A stretch of DNA of 32,000 bases from Candidatus Nitrospira inopinata (GTDB taxonomy: Bacteria > Nitrospirota > Nitrospiria > Nitrospirales > Nitrospiraceae): contig NZ_LN885086.1 of NCBI RefSeq assembly GCF_001458695.1, positions 2,100,001 to 2,132,000 on the forward strand, written 5' to 3'. The position numbers and the translations under genes are program-made. Shown here piece by piece: positions 25,754 through 32,000 of the stretch. Numbering within the stretch: the first letter of the stretch is position 1; each line of letters starts with the position of its first letter. The notes beneath the pieces were generated by a model. The model had not been told where the DNA came from. It saw only the letters and a list, made by a program, of their open reading frames with translations, and ran no database searches.

Positions 25754-26656
25754 ATGAGACGATTTCTGCATGGGCTGGGAATAATCGGTGTGCTGTTGGG
25801 GCAAGCGATCGGGGCCTGGTGGTGCGCCGCGCCTTCGGATGCGTACGCCCAGGCGGGGAAACCCGAAGGGCTCTACTACAAGTCCTGGGCCGTCATCATC
25901 GGCATTGAAAACTACCAAGTGGCTCCACCCGTCCCCGGAGCGATCGATGACGCGAAACGAGTCGCGCAGGCGTTTCGGCGGTTGGGATTTGACGAGGTCG
26001 TGGAGATTTACGAAAAGGACGCAACCTCTCGTCGGCTGCAACAGGTTTTCAACGATATTCTGCCGAGAAAAGTCGGTCGGATGGACAGACTGGTCGTCTT
26101 CTACATCGGTCACGCCGGCGCCGCGCGGGATGCGGAGGGAGAGGAACGGAGCTACCTTGTCCCTCTGGACGCGCAGATCGCCCACGTCAGTAAAGCCATG
26201 ACGGTCGAGCAGCTCAAGGAATTTACGCGGCGCACCGCGTCGAAACATACGGTGCTCTTGTTCGACGCGCCGGTCTTCGGATGGGAAGTGACGGCGCCGC
26301 CGCGGTTGTCGCTGGAGGGGCGGGTGGCGCCGGAGGATGAGAGGGAACGGCGGGCCGTCCAGGTGGTCAGCGCAGCGGGCAAGGGAGAGACATCGTTACG
26401 TCCCGACGGCAAGAGTCTCTTCGTGCGACAGTTGTTGGCCGGCCTCTCCGGCGAAGCGGACTCGGACGGAAACGGATGGCTGATGGCTTCTGAATTGGGA
26501 GCCTACCTTGTTGAACGGGTTGAACGTGCGTCCGACGGTGCTCAGCATCCCATCAGCCTCAGAATCGACGGCGACGGCGATACCGTGTTGATCGAAGGGG
26601 CCTCGATTTCGCCTCCGTCGGCGCCCATGTCGGGCGAAGGATCGATGTCTCCCTGA
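25754..26656 (+). CDS. Secreted caspase-fold (peptidase C14-like) protein lacking the catalytic cysteine
   Basis: Signal peptide MRRFLHGLGIIGVLLGQAIGAWWCAAPSDAYA. C14 pattern WAVIIGIENY...DDAKRVAQAFRRLGF...LVVFYIGHAG (His retained), then VLLFDAPVFG where D-[AS]-C-x-S-G is expected. C-terminal LFVRQLLAGLSGEADSDGNGWLMASELGAYL. The ORF-track start at 25736 is a TTG; ATG 25754 follows GGAGG. Confidence 0.72.
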   Translation: MRRFLHGLGIIGVLLGQAIGAWWCAAPSDAYAQAGKPEGLYYKSWAVIIGIENYQVAPPVPGAIDDAKRVAQAFRRLGFDEVVEIYEKDATSRRLQQVFNDILPRKVGRMDRLVVFYIGHAGAARDAEGEERSYLVPLDAQIAHVSKAMTVEQLKEFTRRTASKHTVLLFDAPVFGWEVTAPPRLSLEGRVAPEDERERRAVQVVSAAGKGETSLRPDGKSLFVRQLLAGLSGEADSDGNGWLMASELGAYLVERVERASDGAQHPISLRIDGDGDTVLIEGASISPPSAPMSGEGSMSP

Positions 26657-26684
26657 ACCGCCCATCTGGGCGCCTCAGGGTTTT
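26651..26684 (+). terminator. Rho-independent terminator candidate after the caspase-like gene
   Basis: CCCTGA-acc-GCCCA-tc-TGGGC-gcc-TCAGGG followed by TTTT. It is a two-part stem with a symmetric internal loop, and it includes the stop codon. Confidence 0.4.
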
Positions 26685-26754
26685 CGAGGGAGAAGACCCT
26701 GCGTGATTCGACGTCAACGGATCGATCAGGTCTAAGCCAAGCACGAGCGACTTC

Positions 26755-26925
26755 CTACCCCTGTTCTCCGCCTTTCAGATAGCCCAATCCGATCTTGATG
26801 GCGCGGCGGGTCATTTCCGCCCGACGCTCTACCGGATAGGCGGCCAAGACGGCTGCGGCCTTTGTGTCCTGCACGTCCAAATTCACGATGGTGATGATGC
26901 CGTTGTCGATGTGAATCTCCGCCAT
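26755..26925 (-). CDS. Hypothetical small protein (56 aa)
   Basis: ATG 26925 is preceded by AGGGAGA 8-9 nt upstream. MAEIHIDNGIITIVNLDVQDTKAAAVLAAYPVERRAEMTRRAIKIGLGYLKGGEQG. No family recognised. The ORF track extends it to 26946, where there is no SD. Confidence 0.4.
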   Translation of the reverse strand: MAEIHIDNGIITIVNLDVQDTKAAAVLAAYPVERRAEMTRRAIKIGLGYLKGGEQG

Positions 26926-27029
26926 AAAAGTATTCTCCCTATCCATGTGGTTGGTCGGTCAATCGGCCTTCCGATCCGTGTTGGAAAGGAAAACCGATGA
27001 TATTGCTCTACAGGTTGAAAGGCGTTTCG

Positions 27030-27058
27030 TTGACGGAACCAGGGGGGCATGTTAGCAT
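27030..27058 (+). promoter_or_regulatory. Putative sigma-70 promoter TTGACG-N17-TAGCAT for the four-lipoprotein operon
   Basis: TTGACG at 27030-27035, an exact 17-nt spacer, then TAGCAT at 27053-27058. This is about 75 nt upstream of ATG 27134. Confidence 0.45.
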
Positions 27059-27133
27059 GAAAACGCTTTTCTCTCGTGCTGACGGACGGTGGCCCTCACG
27101 GGGATCGTCCTGTGATTCGGAAGGAGGATTTTT

Positions 27134-27691
27134 ATGATGCGGCGGCAGACGAGGCTGGTCAATACCGGTCTTGTAGCCCTTCTTCTGGTGGGGCTCACGG
27201 CTTGTGGCGGTCCTCCCAAGTGGGTGGAAAGAGGGTCCGGGGCATTCAACGAAAAAGACCGGAAAGCGTTTTATGGGGTGGGGTCGGTGGTGGGCGTGAA
27301 GAACGAGCCCCTTGCCTGGGATACCGCTGAAAATCGAGCGCGGGCGGAAATCGCCAAGACGTTCGAAACCTACACGGGTTACCTGATGAGAGACTATGCC
27401 GCCTCGACGACGGCGGGGGATTTCACGCGGAACACCGAAGAGCAAAACGTCGAACGGGCCATCAAAACGGTCACCACGGTGACGTTGAGCGGCGTGCGTC
27501 CCGTCGATCGCTATAAAAATGAAAAAACCAACACCTACTACGTGCTCACCAAGCTCAGTCTGGAAGACATGAAGAACAATCTTGAACGGGCCAAGGAGCT
27601 GAACGCGGAGGTGCGCGACTTTGTCCGCAAAAACGCGGATCGCCTGTTTGATCGTCTTGAAAAAGAGGAAGAGAAACGGGGGATCCGGTAA
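27134..27691 (+). CDS. LPP20-like lipoprotein
   Basis: SD GGAGG lies 6 nt upstream. Canonical lipobox LVGLTAC. PKWVERGSGAF...FYGVGSVVG...AWDTAENRARAEIAKTFETY follows the LPP20-family pattern as I recall it (PxWV, aromatic-GxG, A..A.A.IAK helix). Charged helical C-terminus. Confidence 0.72.
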   Translation: MMRRQTRLVNTGLVALLLVGLTACGGPPKWVERGSGAFNEKDRKAFYGVGSVVGVKNEPLAWDTAENRARAEIAKTFETYTGYLMRDYAASTTAGDFTRNTEEQNVERAIKTVTTVTLSGVRPVDRYKNEKTNTYYVLTKLSLEDMKNNLERAKELNAEVRDFVRKNADRLFDRLEKEEEKRGIR

Positions 27692-27758
27692 AGCCCACCC
27701 CACGGCCTTGTGAAGCGCGATGGTTAGGATGGTCAGTTAGGTTAAAGGAGTCACCGAC

Positions 27759-28373
27759 GTGATCCGAACCGCGTTCCGGCCCGTCGTTCTATTGTTCGCG
27801 TGCGCGCTTCTCGCGGCGGGCGGCTGCGGGCACGAGGTCAAGGTGACGCGCGTGGACGCCGGCGTCGTGACCGATCTCAGCGGCCGCTGGAACGACACGG
27901 ATTCGCGGATGGTGGCCGAAGCGATGGTGAAGGAAGCCTTGGAATACCCCTGGCTCGGGAACTTCTCGAAGGCGAAACAGCGTCAGCCGGTCGTGGTGGT
28001 CGGCACGGTGGTCAACAGCAGTCATGAGCACATCAACGTCAAGACCTTCATCACGGATCTGGAGCGGGAGCTCACCAACTCTCAAAAAGTCACGTTCGTA
28101 GCGGGCAAGCAAGAACGGGAGGAAGTCCGGGCCGAGCGGAAAGAACAGGCGGTCTATGCCCGCGAAGACACCCAAAAAGCTCCGGGGAAAGAAAGCGGAG
28201 CCGACTTCATGCTGAAGGGAACCATTGCCACGATCGTGGACGAGGCCGACGGCACCAAGGCGGTGTTCTATCAGGTGGACCTTCAGATGATCGATTTGGA
28301 AAGCAACGCGAAGGTCTGGTACGGGCAGAAGAAGATCAAGAAAGTGGTCGAAAGGAAACGGACGGTGTTTTAA
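27759..28373 (+). CDS. LpoB-like (COG3417-type) lipoprotein
   Basis: SD AAGGAG lies 8 nt upstream of GTG 27759. Lipoprotein-type signal (LLFAC / LAAGGC). DLSGRWNDTDSRMVAEAMVKEAL, PVVVVGTVVNSSHEHINVKTFITDLERELTNS and GADFMLKGTI...VFYQVDLQMIDLESNAKVW match my memory of penicillin-binding protein activator LpoB-family proteins. Confidence 0.75.
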   Translation: MIRTAFRPVVLLFACALLAAGGCGHEVKVTRVDAGVVTDLSGRWNDTDSRMVAEAMVKEALEYPWLGNFSKAKQRQPVVVVGTVVNSSHEHINVKTFITDLERELTNSQKVTFVAGKQEREEVRAERKEQAVYAREDTQKAPGKESGADFMLKGTIATIVDEADGTKAVFYQVDLQMIDLESNAKVWYGQKKIKKVVERKRTVF

Positions 28374-28385
28374 CAGGTCCGAGAG

Positions 28386-29900
28386 TTGAAATCCCTCCTC
28401 CTGCGCTTCAGCCGCCGTGGTTCCACGCGGAGGCAGTCAAGCGGTCTCATCGCAAACGGTTCCCTCTTCCTTGTCATAGCCGTCATAGATCTTCTCGTCG
28501 GCTGTGCATCCACCAACCGCTACGCCCTCATTGAGCAAAGTCTGCTCGCGGGCGACCCCGCACAAGCAGCTTCAATCGTCGAACGGGCTGAGTCGCAGTA
28601 CGGATCAAAGAGTCGTCTGTTGTATTTGATGGATCGGGGAATGGCCCTGCATTTGGCGGGAGACTACGCGCAAAGCAACGAAGCGCTTGAGCAGGCCGAA
28701 GAGATCGTCGAGCGACTCTACACCAGGACCGTTCGATCTGAAACGCTGGCGTTTCTGACGAACGACAATGCGCTGCCATATGAAGGGGATCCCTATGAGC
28801 ACGTCATGATCAACGTCGTGAAGGCCCTCAATTATGCGGCGCAGAACGACGTCGGGGGAGCGTTGGTGGAGGCCAGGCGCATCGATCATCGCCTCAACGT
28901 GCTGAGCGACAGGCTCAAGGGCAAGGGCAAGGGAAAGAACGGCTATGGAAACGACGGCTTCGCCCGCTACCTGAGCGGCATGTTGTACGAAGCGGCTGGA
29001 GATCTGAACAACGCGTTCATTGCCTATCGCAATGCCTGCGAGGCCTATGAGTCGATGCGCGGTTGGTCCCAGGTGGCCTGTCCTCCGTCGTTGCGCGCCG
29101 ATCTGTTGTCATCCGCCGAAGCTCTCGGACTTGCGGACGAGGTGGATCGGTATCGAAGCACATATCCCGACGTCGAATGGTTGTCCGCGTCGGCCCGTCA
29201 ACGGCTCGCCCAAGTCGTCATGATCAGCTATAATGGGCGCGCCCCTCGGAAAGAGGATCTGTATCTTGATCTCCCGATCAGTCTGGACGCCTTGCAGTTG
29301 GTGTTGTTGAATCGCGGATTCTCCCCTTCGTTCGGAAGCCGGGATCGGGTGATGGACAGCGTTCTCTACGGACTCAGCGGGCGGGTGGTGAGAGTCGCGC
29401 TTCCCCGCTTGGTTCAACAAAAGACGAAAATTCCTGTCGAGACCATGACGTTGACCGACGAGCAAGGCGCTTCCTATGCCACCCGGTCTGAGCGAGCCCA
29501 GGATCTGACGGCGTTGGCGGAGAAGGCCCTCGCGGAGCGTCTGCCCGCCATGACCGTGAAGGCCGTGGCCCGGGCCGCCACGAAATTTTCCATGGCGGAG
29601 GGAGCGGTCATCGGCTCTCAACAGGCCGTGGGGAGAGACGCCGCGCCCTGGGTGGGGTTGTTGGTCAGCCTGTTGGCCAAGGGGTTGGCCGTGGCTTCGG
29701 AAGAAGCCGATAAACGGAGTTGGCGGACCCTGCCGGATGAAATCCACGTGGCGCGGGTGTGGGTGCCTTCGGGTCGGTATCGGGCAACCGTTCATCCTTC
29801 GGGCGGGGGCGTGGCCGTCTGGGCGGCCGGGGCAGAGGAGCCGTCTCTTAATCTTTCCCCGGGTCAAACGATGTTTCTCATTCGGCGCGTGGTGCAATGA
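28386..29900 (+). CDS. Large TPR-like lipoprotein of unknown function
   Basis: Basic N-region followed by the canonical lipobox DLLVGC. Helical-repeat stretches: LYLMDRGMALHLAGDYAQSNEALEQAEEI, VVKALNYAAQNDVGGALVEARRID, YLSGMLYEAAGDLNNAFIAYRNACEAYE. TTG start 12 nt after the previous stop. Possibly COG3014-type, but that assignment is from memory and weak. Confidence 0.65.
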   Translation: MKSLLLRFSRRGSTRRQSSGLIANGSLFLVIAVIDLLVGCASTNRYALIEQSLLAGDPAQAASIVERAESQYGSKSRLLYLMDRGMALHLAGDYAQSNEALEQAEEIVERLYTRTVRSETLAFLTNDNALPYEGDPYEHVMINVVKALNYAAQNDVGGALVEARRIDHRLNVLSDRLKGKGKGKNGYGNDGFARYLSGMLYEAAGDLNNAFIAYRNACEAYESMRGWSQVACPPSLRADLLSSAEALGLADEVDRYRSTYPDVEWLSASARQRLAQVVMISYNGRAPRKEDLYLDLPISLDALQLVLLNRGFSPSFGSRDRVMDSVLYGLSGRVVRVALPRLVQQKTKIPVETMTLTDEQGASYATRSERAQDLTALAEKALAERLPAMTVKAVARAATKFSMAEGAVIGSQQAVGRDAAPWVGLLVSLLAKGLAVASEEADKRSWRTLPDEIHVARVWVPSGRYRATVHPSGGGVAVWAAGAEEPSLNLSPGQTMFLIRRVVQ

Positions 29901-31027
29901 TGCTCCCCTGCCGAATCAGGCTGCGTCGATCCGCTCTGCGATCTGTTCTCACGGTAAGCTGCATCGGGCTGATCGGGCCGTCCTGGCTCGGTTGCGCATG
30001 GATCGGTGGACAGGCCGAGCCGGCCTGGATCGACGACGCCAATCGAAAATATCCTCCGGCCGAGTATCTGACCGGTATGGGACAGGCCGATAATCGGCAA
30101 GGCGCGGCCGATCAGGCGTACGCGGCCGTGGCGCGGATTTTCAAGGCGGAGGTGGACGCCCGCGCAAAAGATTGGGAGTCCTATTTTGTGATCGAACGGC
30201 GGGGCTCGACGAACGTGGAGCGGAGGTTGACGCTGGAGACCGTCACGAAAGTCTCGACCGACAAGGTGCTTGAGAACGTCAGGGTGCTGGAAACCTGGCA
30301 CGATAGGACCAAGGGATTGTACTATGCGTTGGCCGTGCTGAATCGCGCTCAAGCGGAGGCTTCGTTGTTGGATCGGTTGTCGGCGCTGGACAGGACGATT
30401 GAGTCGGACATCGCGGAATCGCGGCGCGCGTCGGACAAGTTGATCACGGTTCGCAACCTGCGGAAGGCCGCCGGAAATTTGGTGTTGCGGGAGGTGTATA
30501 ATGCCGACCTGCGCGTCGTTCGTCCGAGCGGGCGAGGCGAGGCCTCTCCGTACGACGTGAACGACATATCCAAGGAGCTGGCGCGATTTCTTTCCACCAA
30601 CCTGGTGGTGGCGGTGCGCATGGCCGGCGACCACGCCGAAGTCGCTCAACACGCTTTGATGGAAGGATTGATCCGCGAGGGGATCACCGTGACGGCGGGA
30701 GCCGGTGAGGGGACGGACGCGGCGTTGACGGCGCAAGGCGTCACCCGACTCTTGCCCGTTGAGGTCCATGATCCCTATTTCAAGTACGTTCGATGGTGCG
30801 GCGACGTCGAGGTGCTGGACACAGCGAGCGGCCGCGTTCTGGGCGTTGTTTCACGAGGCGGAAAAGAAGGGCATCTCACGGAGCGGGAAGCGGCGACCAG
30901 GGCCTTGCGCGACATGCAGCAACGCCTGTCGTCGGAAGTGGCGGTCCTGATCGCGGCGCATATTTTCGGGGAAGCCGAACTGCCGACGCCGGAGGGAATG
31001 CCGGCCGGTTGTCCGAGAGATGAGTGA
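29897..31027 (+). CDS. Lipoprotein with an N-terminal LPP20-like domain and a C-terminal domain of unknown function
   Basis: The ATG overlaps the previous stop (ATGA at 29897-29900). Cys-containing signal (TVSC / WLGC). EPAWIDDANRKYPPAEYLTGMGQADNRQGAADQAYAAVARIFKAEV repeats the PxW[VI]...Y/F-x-G-x-G...A..A.A.IxK pattern of the first gene in the operon. Confidence 0.68.
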   Translation: MMLPCRIRLRRSALRSVLTVSCIGLIGPSWLGCAWIGGQAEPAWIDDANRKYPPAEYLTGMGQADNRQGAADQAYAAVARIFKAEVDARAKDWESYFVIERRGSTNVERRLTLETVTKVSTDKVLENVRVLETWHDRTKGLYYALAVLNRAQAEASLLDRLSALDRTIESDIAESRRASDKLITVRNLRKAAGNLVLREVYNADLRVVRPSGRGEASPYDVNDISKELARFLSTNLVVAVRMAGDHAEVAQHALMEGLIREGITVTAGAGEGTDAALTAQGVTRLLPVEVHDPYFKYVRWCGDVEVLDTASGRVLGVVSRGGKEGHLTEREAATRALRDMQQRLSSEVAVLIAAHIFGEAELPTPEGMPAGCPRDE

Positions 31028-31082
31028 TCAAAGGGGACGATGCCGTAACGATTCATCTACCATGACGAGGAGGTGTGACACG

Positions 31083-31352
31083 GTGAGCACGATCGGAAAA
31101 TCGCCGGTGAGCAAGGCTCCGCGGAGTCGGGGCAGAGGGTTGACCAAAACGGGCCCGAAAATTTCAAGTCGGTTGGCCAAACAACGGTTGAACGAGCGGT
31201 TGAAAAAAGACACCGAGTCGTTCAATCAGGACAATCTTGCCGTGACCTTGCGGAAGGAAGGTTATGAGGAGTTGCCGCTGGACGAGTTGCAAGATCGTCT
31301 CTCCAAACTGCCGGGGCCGTTGGCGGAAATCATCCTGAAGGGGAGGGTGTAA
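31083..31352 (+). CDS. Putative antitoxin partner of the PIN toxin (family not recognised)
   Basis: GTG 31083 is preceded by GAGGAGG 8 nt upstream. The gene ends 4 nt before the PIN gene. Very basic N-terminal half and acidic C-terminal half. The ORF-track start at 31020 overlaps the preceding lipoprotein gene. Confidence 0.45.
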   Translation: MSTIGKSPVSKAPRSRGRGLTKTGPKISSRLAKQRLNERLKKDTESFNQDNLAVTLRKEGYEELPLDELQDRLSKLPGPLAEIILKGRV

Positions 31353-31356
31353 ACGG

Positions 31357-31800
31357 ATGCCGTACTATTACTTCGACTCGACAGCGTTGGTGAAACGATA
31401 CAGCATGGAACGGGGGACCAGGATCGTCAATAAACTGCTGGTCAAACGGGGAAAGGTCGCCGTTCTTCCGCCCTGGTCCGTGACGGATTTCTATACCGCC
31501 ATGACCACGCGCGCTCAGGAAGGAAAAATCACCAGGGACGACTGCTACTCGGTGCTCTACAAGTTTGAGATCGAGTCGAAACAGGGATTGTTTCATTTCA
31601 TCGTTCCGACCGTCACGACGTATCTCTCGACCAAGGAATTGGCCCTGGAATATCCGTTTCTACGGTCTCCGCAGGTGATGCATCTGGCGCTGGCGTTGGA
31701 ACTCAAGCCGCTCCGATTGACCGTAGTGAGCGCCGATGCCCAGTTGCTGGTTGCCTCAAAAACGGCGGGCCTGCACATCATCAATCCGGAAGAGGATTGA
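31357..31800 (+). CDS. PIN-domain (VapC-like) type II toxin
   Basis: MPYYYFDSTALVKRY N-terminus with the first conserved Asp. C-terminal VVSADAQLLVASKTAGLHIINPE. SD GGGGAGGG lies upstream. Confidence 0.78.
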   Translation: MPYYYFDSTALVKRYSMERGTRIVNKLLVKRGKVAVLPPWSVTDFYTAMTTRAQEGKITRDDCYSVLYKFEIESKQGLFHFIVPTVTTYLSTKELALEYPFLRSPQVMHLALALELKPLRLTVVSADAQLLVASKTAGLHIINPEED

Positions 31801-31826
31801 CGGCGGCCGTCCGAAAATCATGACGG

Positions 31827-32000
31827 TCAGGGTTTGTCCGTCGAAAGTTTTTTGCCGAGACGGCGGGCGAGCCGCACCATGCCGGGCGAGCGGTCGTCCG
31901 GGCTGAGCAGCACGTTCAGCAGGTGCGGGCTGCTCCGGTCCGCAAAGGCCGAGGCCAGACGTTCTTCAAACTCTCGTTGCGTCTCGACGCGGGATCCCAC
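31827..32000 (-). CDS. C-terminal 57 codons of a gene continuing beyond the window; possibly a thiamine-diphosphate-dependent 2-keto-acid decarboxylase
   Basis: The minus-strand frame is open from the window edge to TGA (31827-31829). VETQREFEERLASAFADRSSPHLLNVLLSPDDRSPGMVRLARRLG resembles the C-terminal ends of indolepyruvate/alpha-keto-acid decarboxylases as I recall them. Too short for the ORF track. Confidence 0.3.
   Translation of the reverse strand: MGSRVETQREFEERLASAFADRSSPHLLNVLLSPDDRSPGMVRLARRLGKKLSTDKP

Noticed and set aside
27008-30769. Minus-strand ORFs 27008..27703, 29109..29897 and 29864..30769, overlapping the lipoprotein operon
   Set aside because: The plus-strand genes have SD sequences, lipoboxes, start/stop coupling and family-like motifs. 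The minus-strand frames have none of these.
25680-31800. Reading the caspase-like gene + small ORF + PIN module as an anti-phage defence island
   Set aside because: The caspase-fold protein lacks its nucleophile and is secreted. No NTPase, nuclease, sensor or other defence hallmark is present. The intervening genes are envelope lipoproteins. An envelope-function interpretation fits better.
1-32000. Searched by eye for CRISPR repeats, tRNA/rRNA genes, IS elements, integrases and long direct or inverted repeats
   Set aside because: I noticed no regularly spaced repeats, tRNA-like cloverleaf candidates in the intergenic regions, transposase or integrase motifs, or terminal inverted repeats. A tRNAscan, Infernal or repeat-finder run would be needed to exclude them formally.

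Overview
GC-rich (about 60 % by eye) bacterial chromosomal segment, densely coded on both strands. It comes from a diderm organism: there is an AsmA-family protein, many lipobox signal peptides and a periplasmic c-type cytochrome. I saw no rRNA, tRNA, CRISPR array, transposase, integrase or long repeat. Taxon cannot be fixed from sequence alone.

Nt 1-25,500 is mostly core metabolism:
- AsmA-like C-terminus and an M24 peptidase.
- A minus-strand HDOD-sthA-PilZ operon.
- A small cluster of exported proteins: cytochrome c, a coiled-coil protein, a cupin and an HMA-like protein.
- An animal-type transketolase and a small FN3 lipoprotein.
- An Rrf2-TauE pair.
- A tightly coupled glyQ-glyS-ppdK-ribD-hydrolase string followed by an MFS transporter and ribE.
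- Acetyl-CoA synthetase.

Nt 25,700-31,800 looks accessory and envelope-related:
- A secreted caspase-fold protein whose catalytic Cys is replaced by Pro.
- An orphan small gene.
- A four-gene operon in which every product has a lipoprotein-type signal (LPP20-like, LpoB-like, TPR-like, LPP20-like). This is my best candidate for an undescribed system.
- A PIN-toxin pair.

Non-coding signals:
- A recurring promoter architecture, TTGAC-N17-TAGNNT, in five places.
- A perfect 38-bp palindrome exactly at the predicted 5' end of the tkt transcript.
- A good sigma-54 type -24/-12 element upstream of the FN3 lipoprotein gene.

All family calls are by eye and from memory of motifs. No database search was run.
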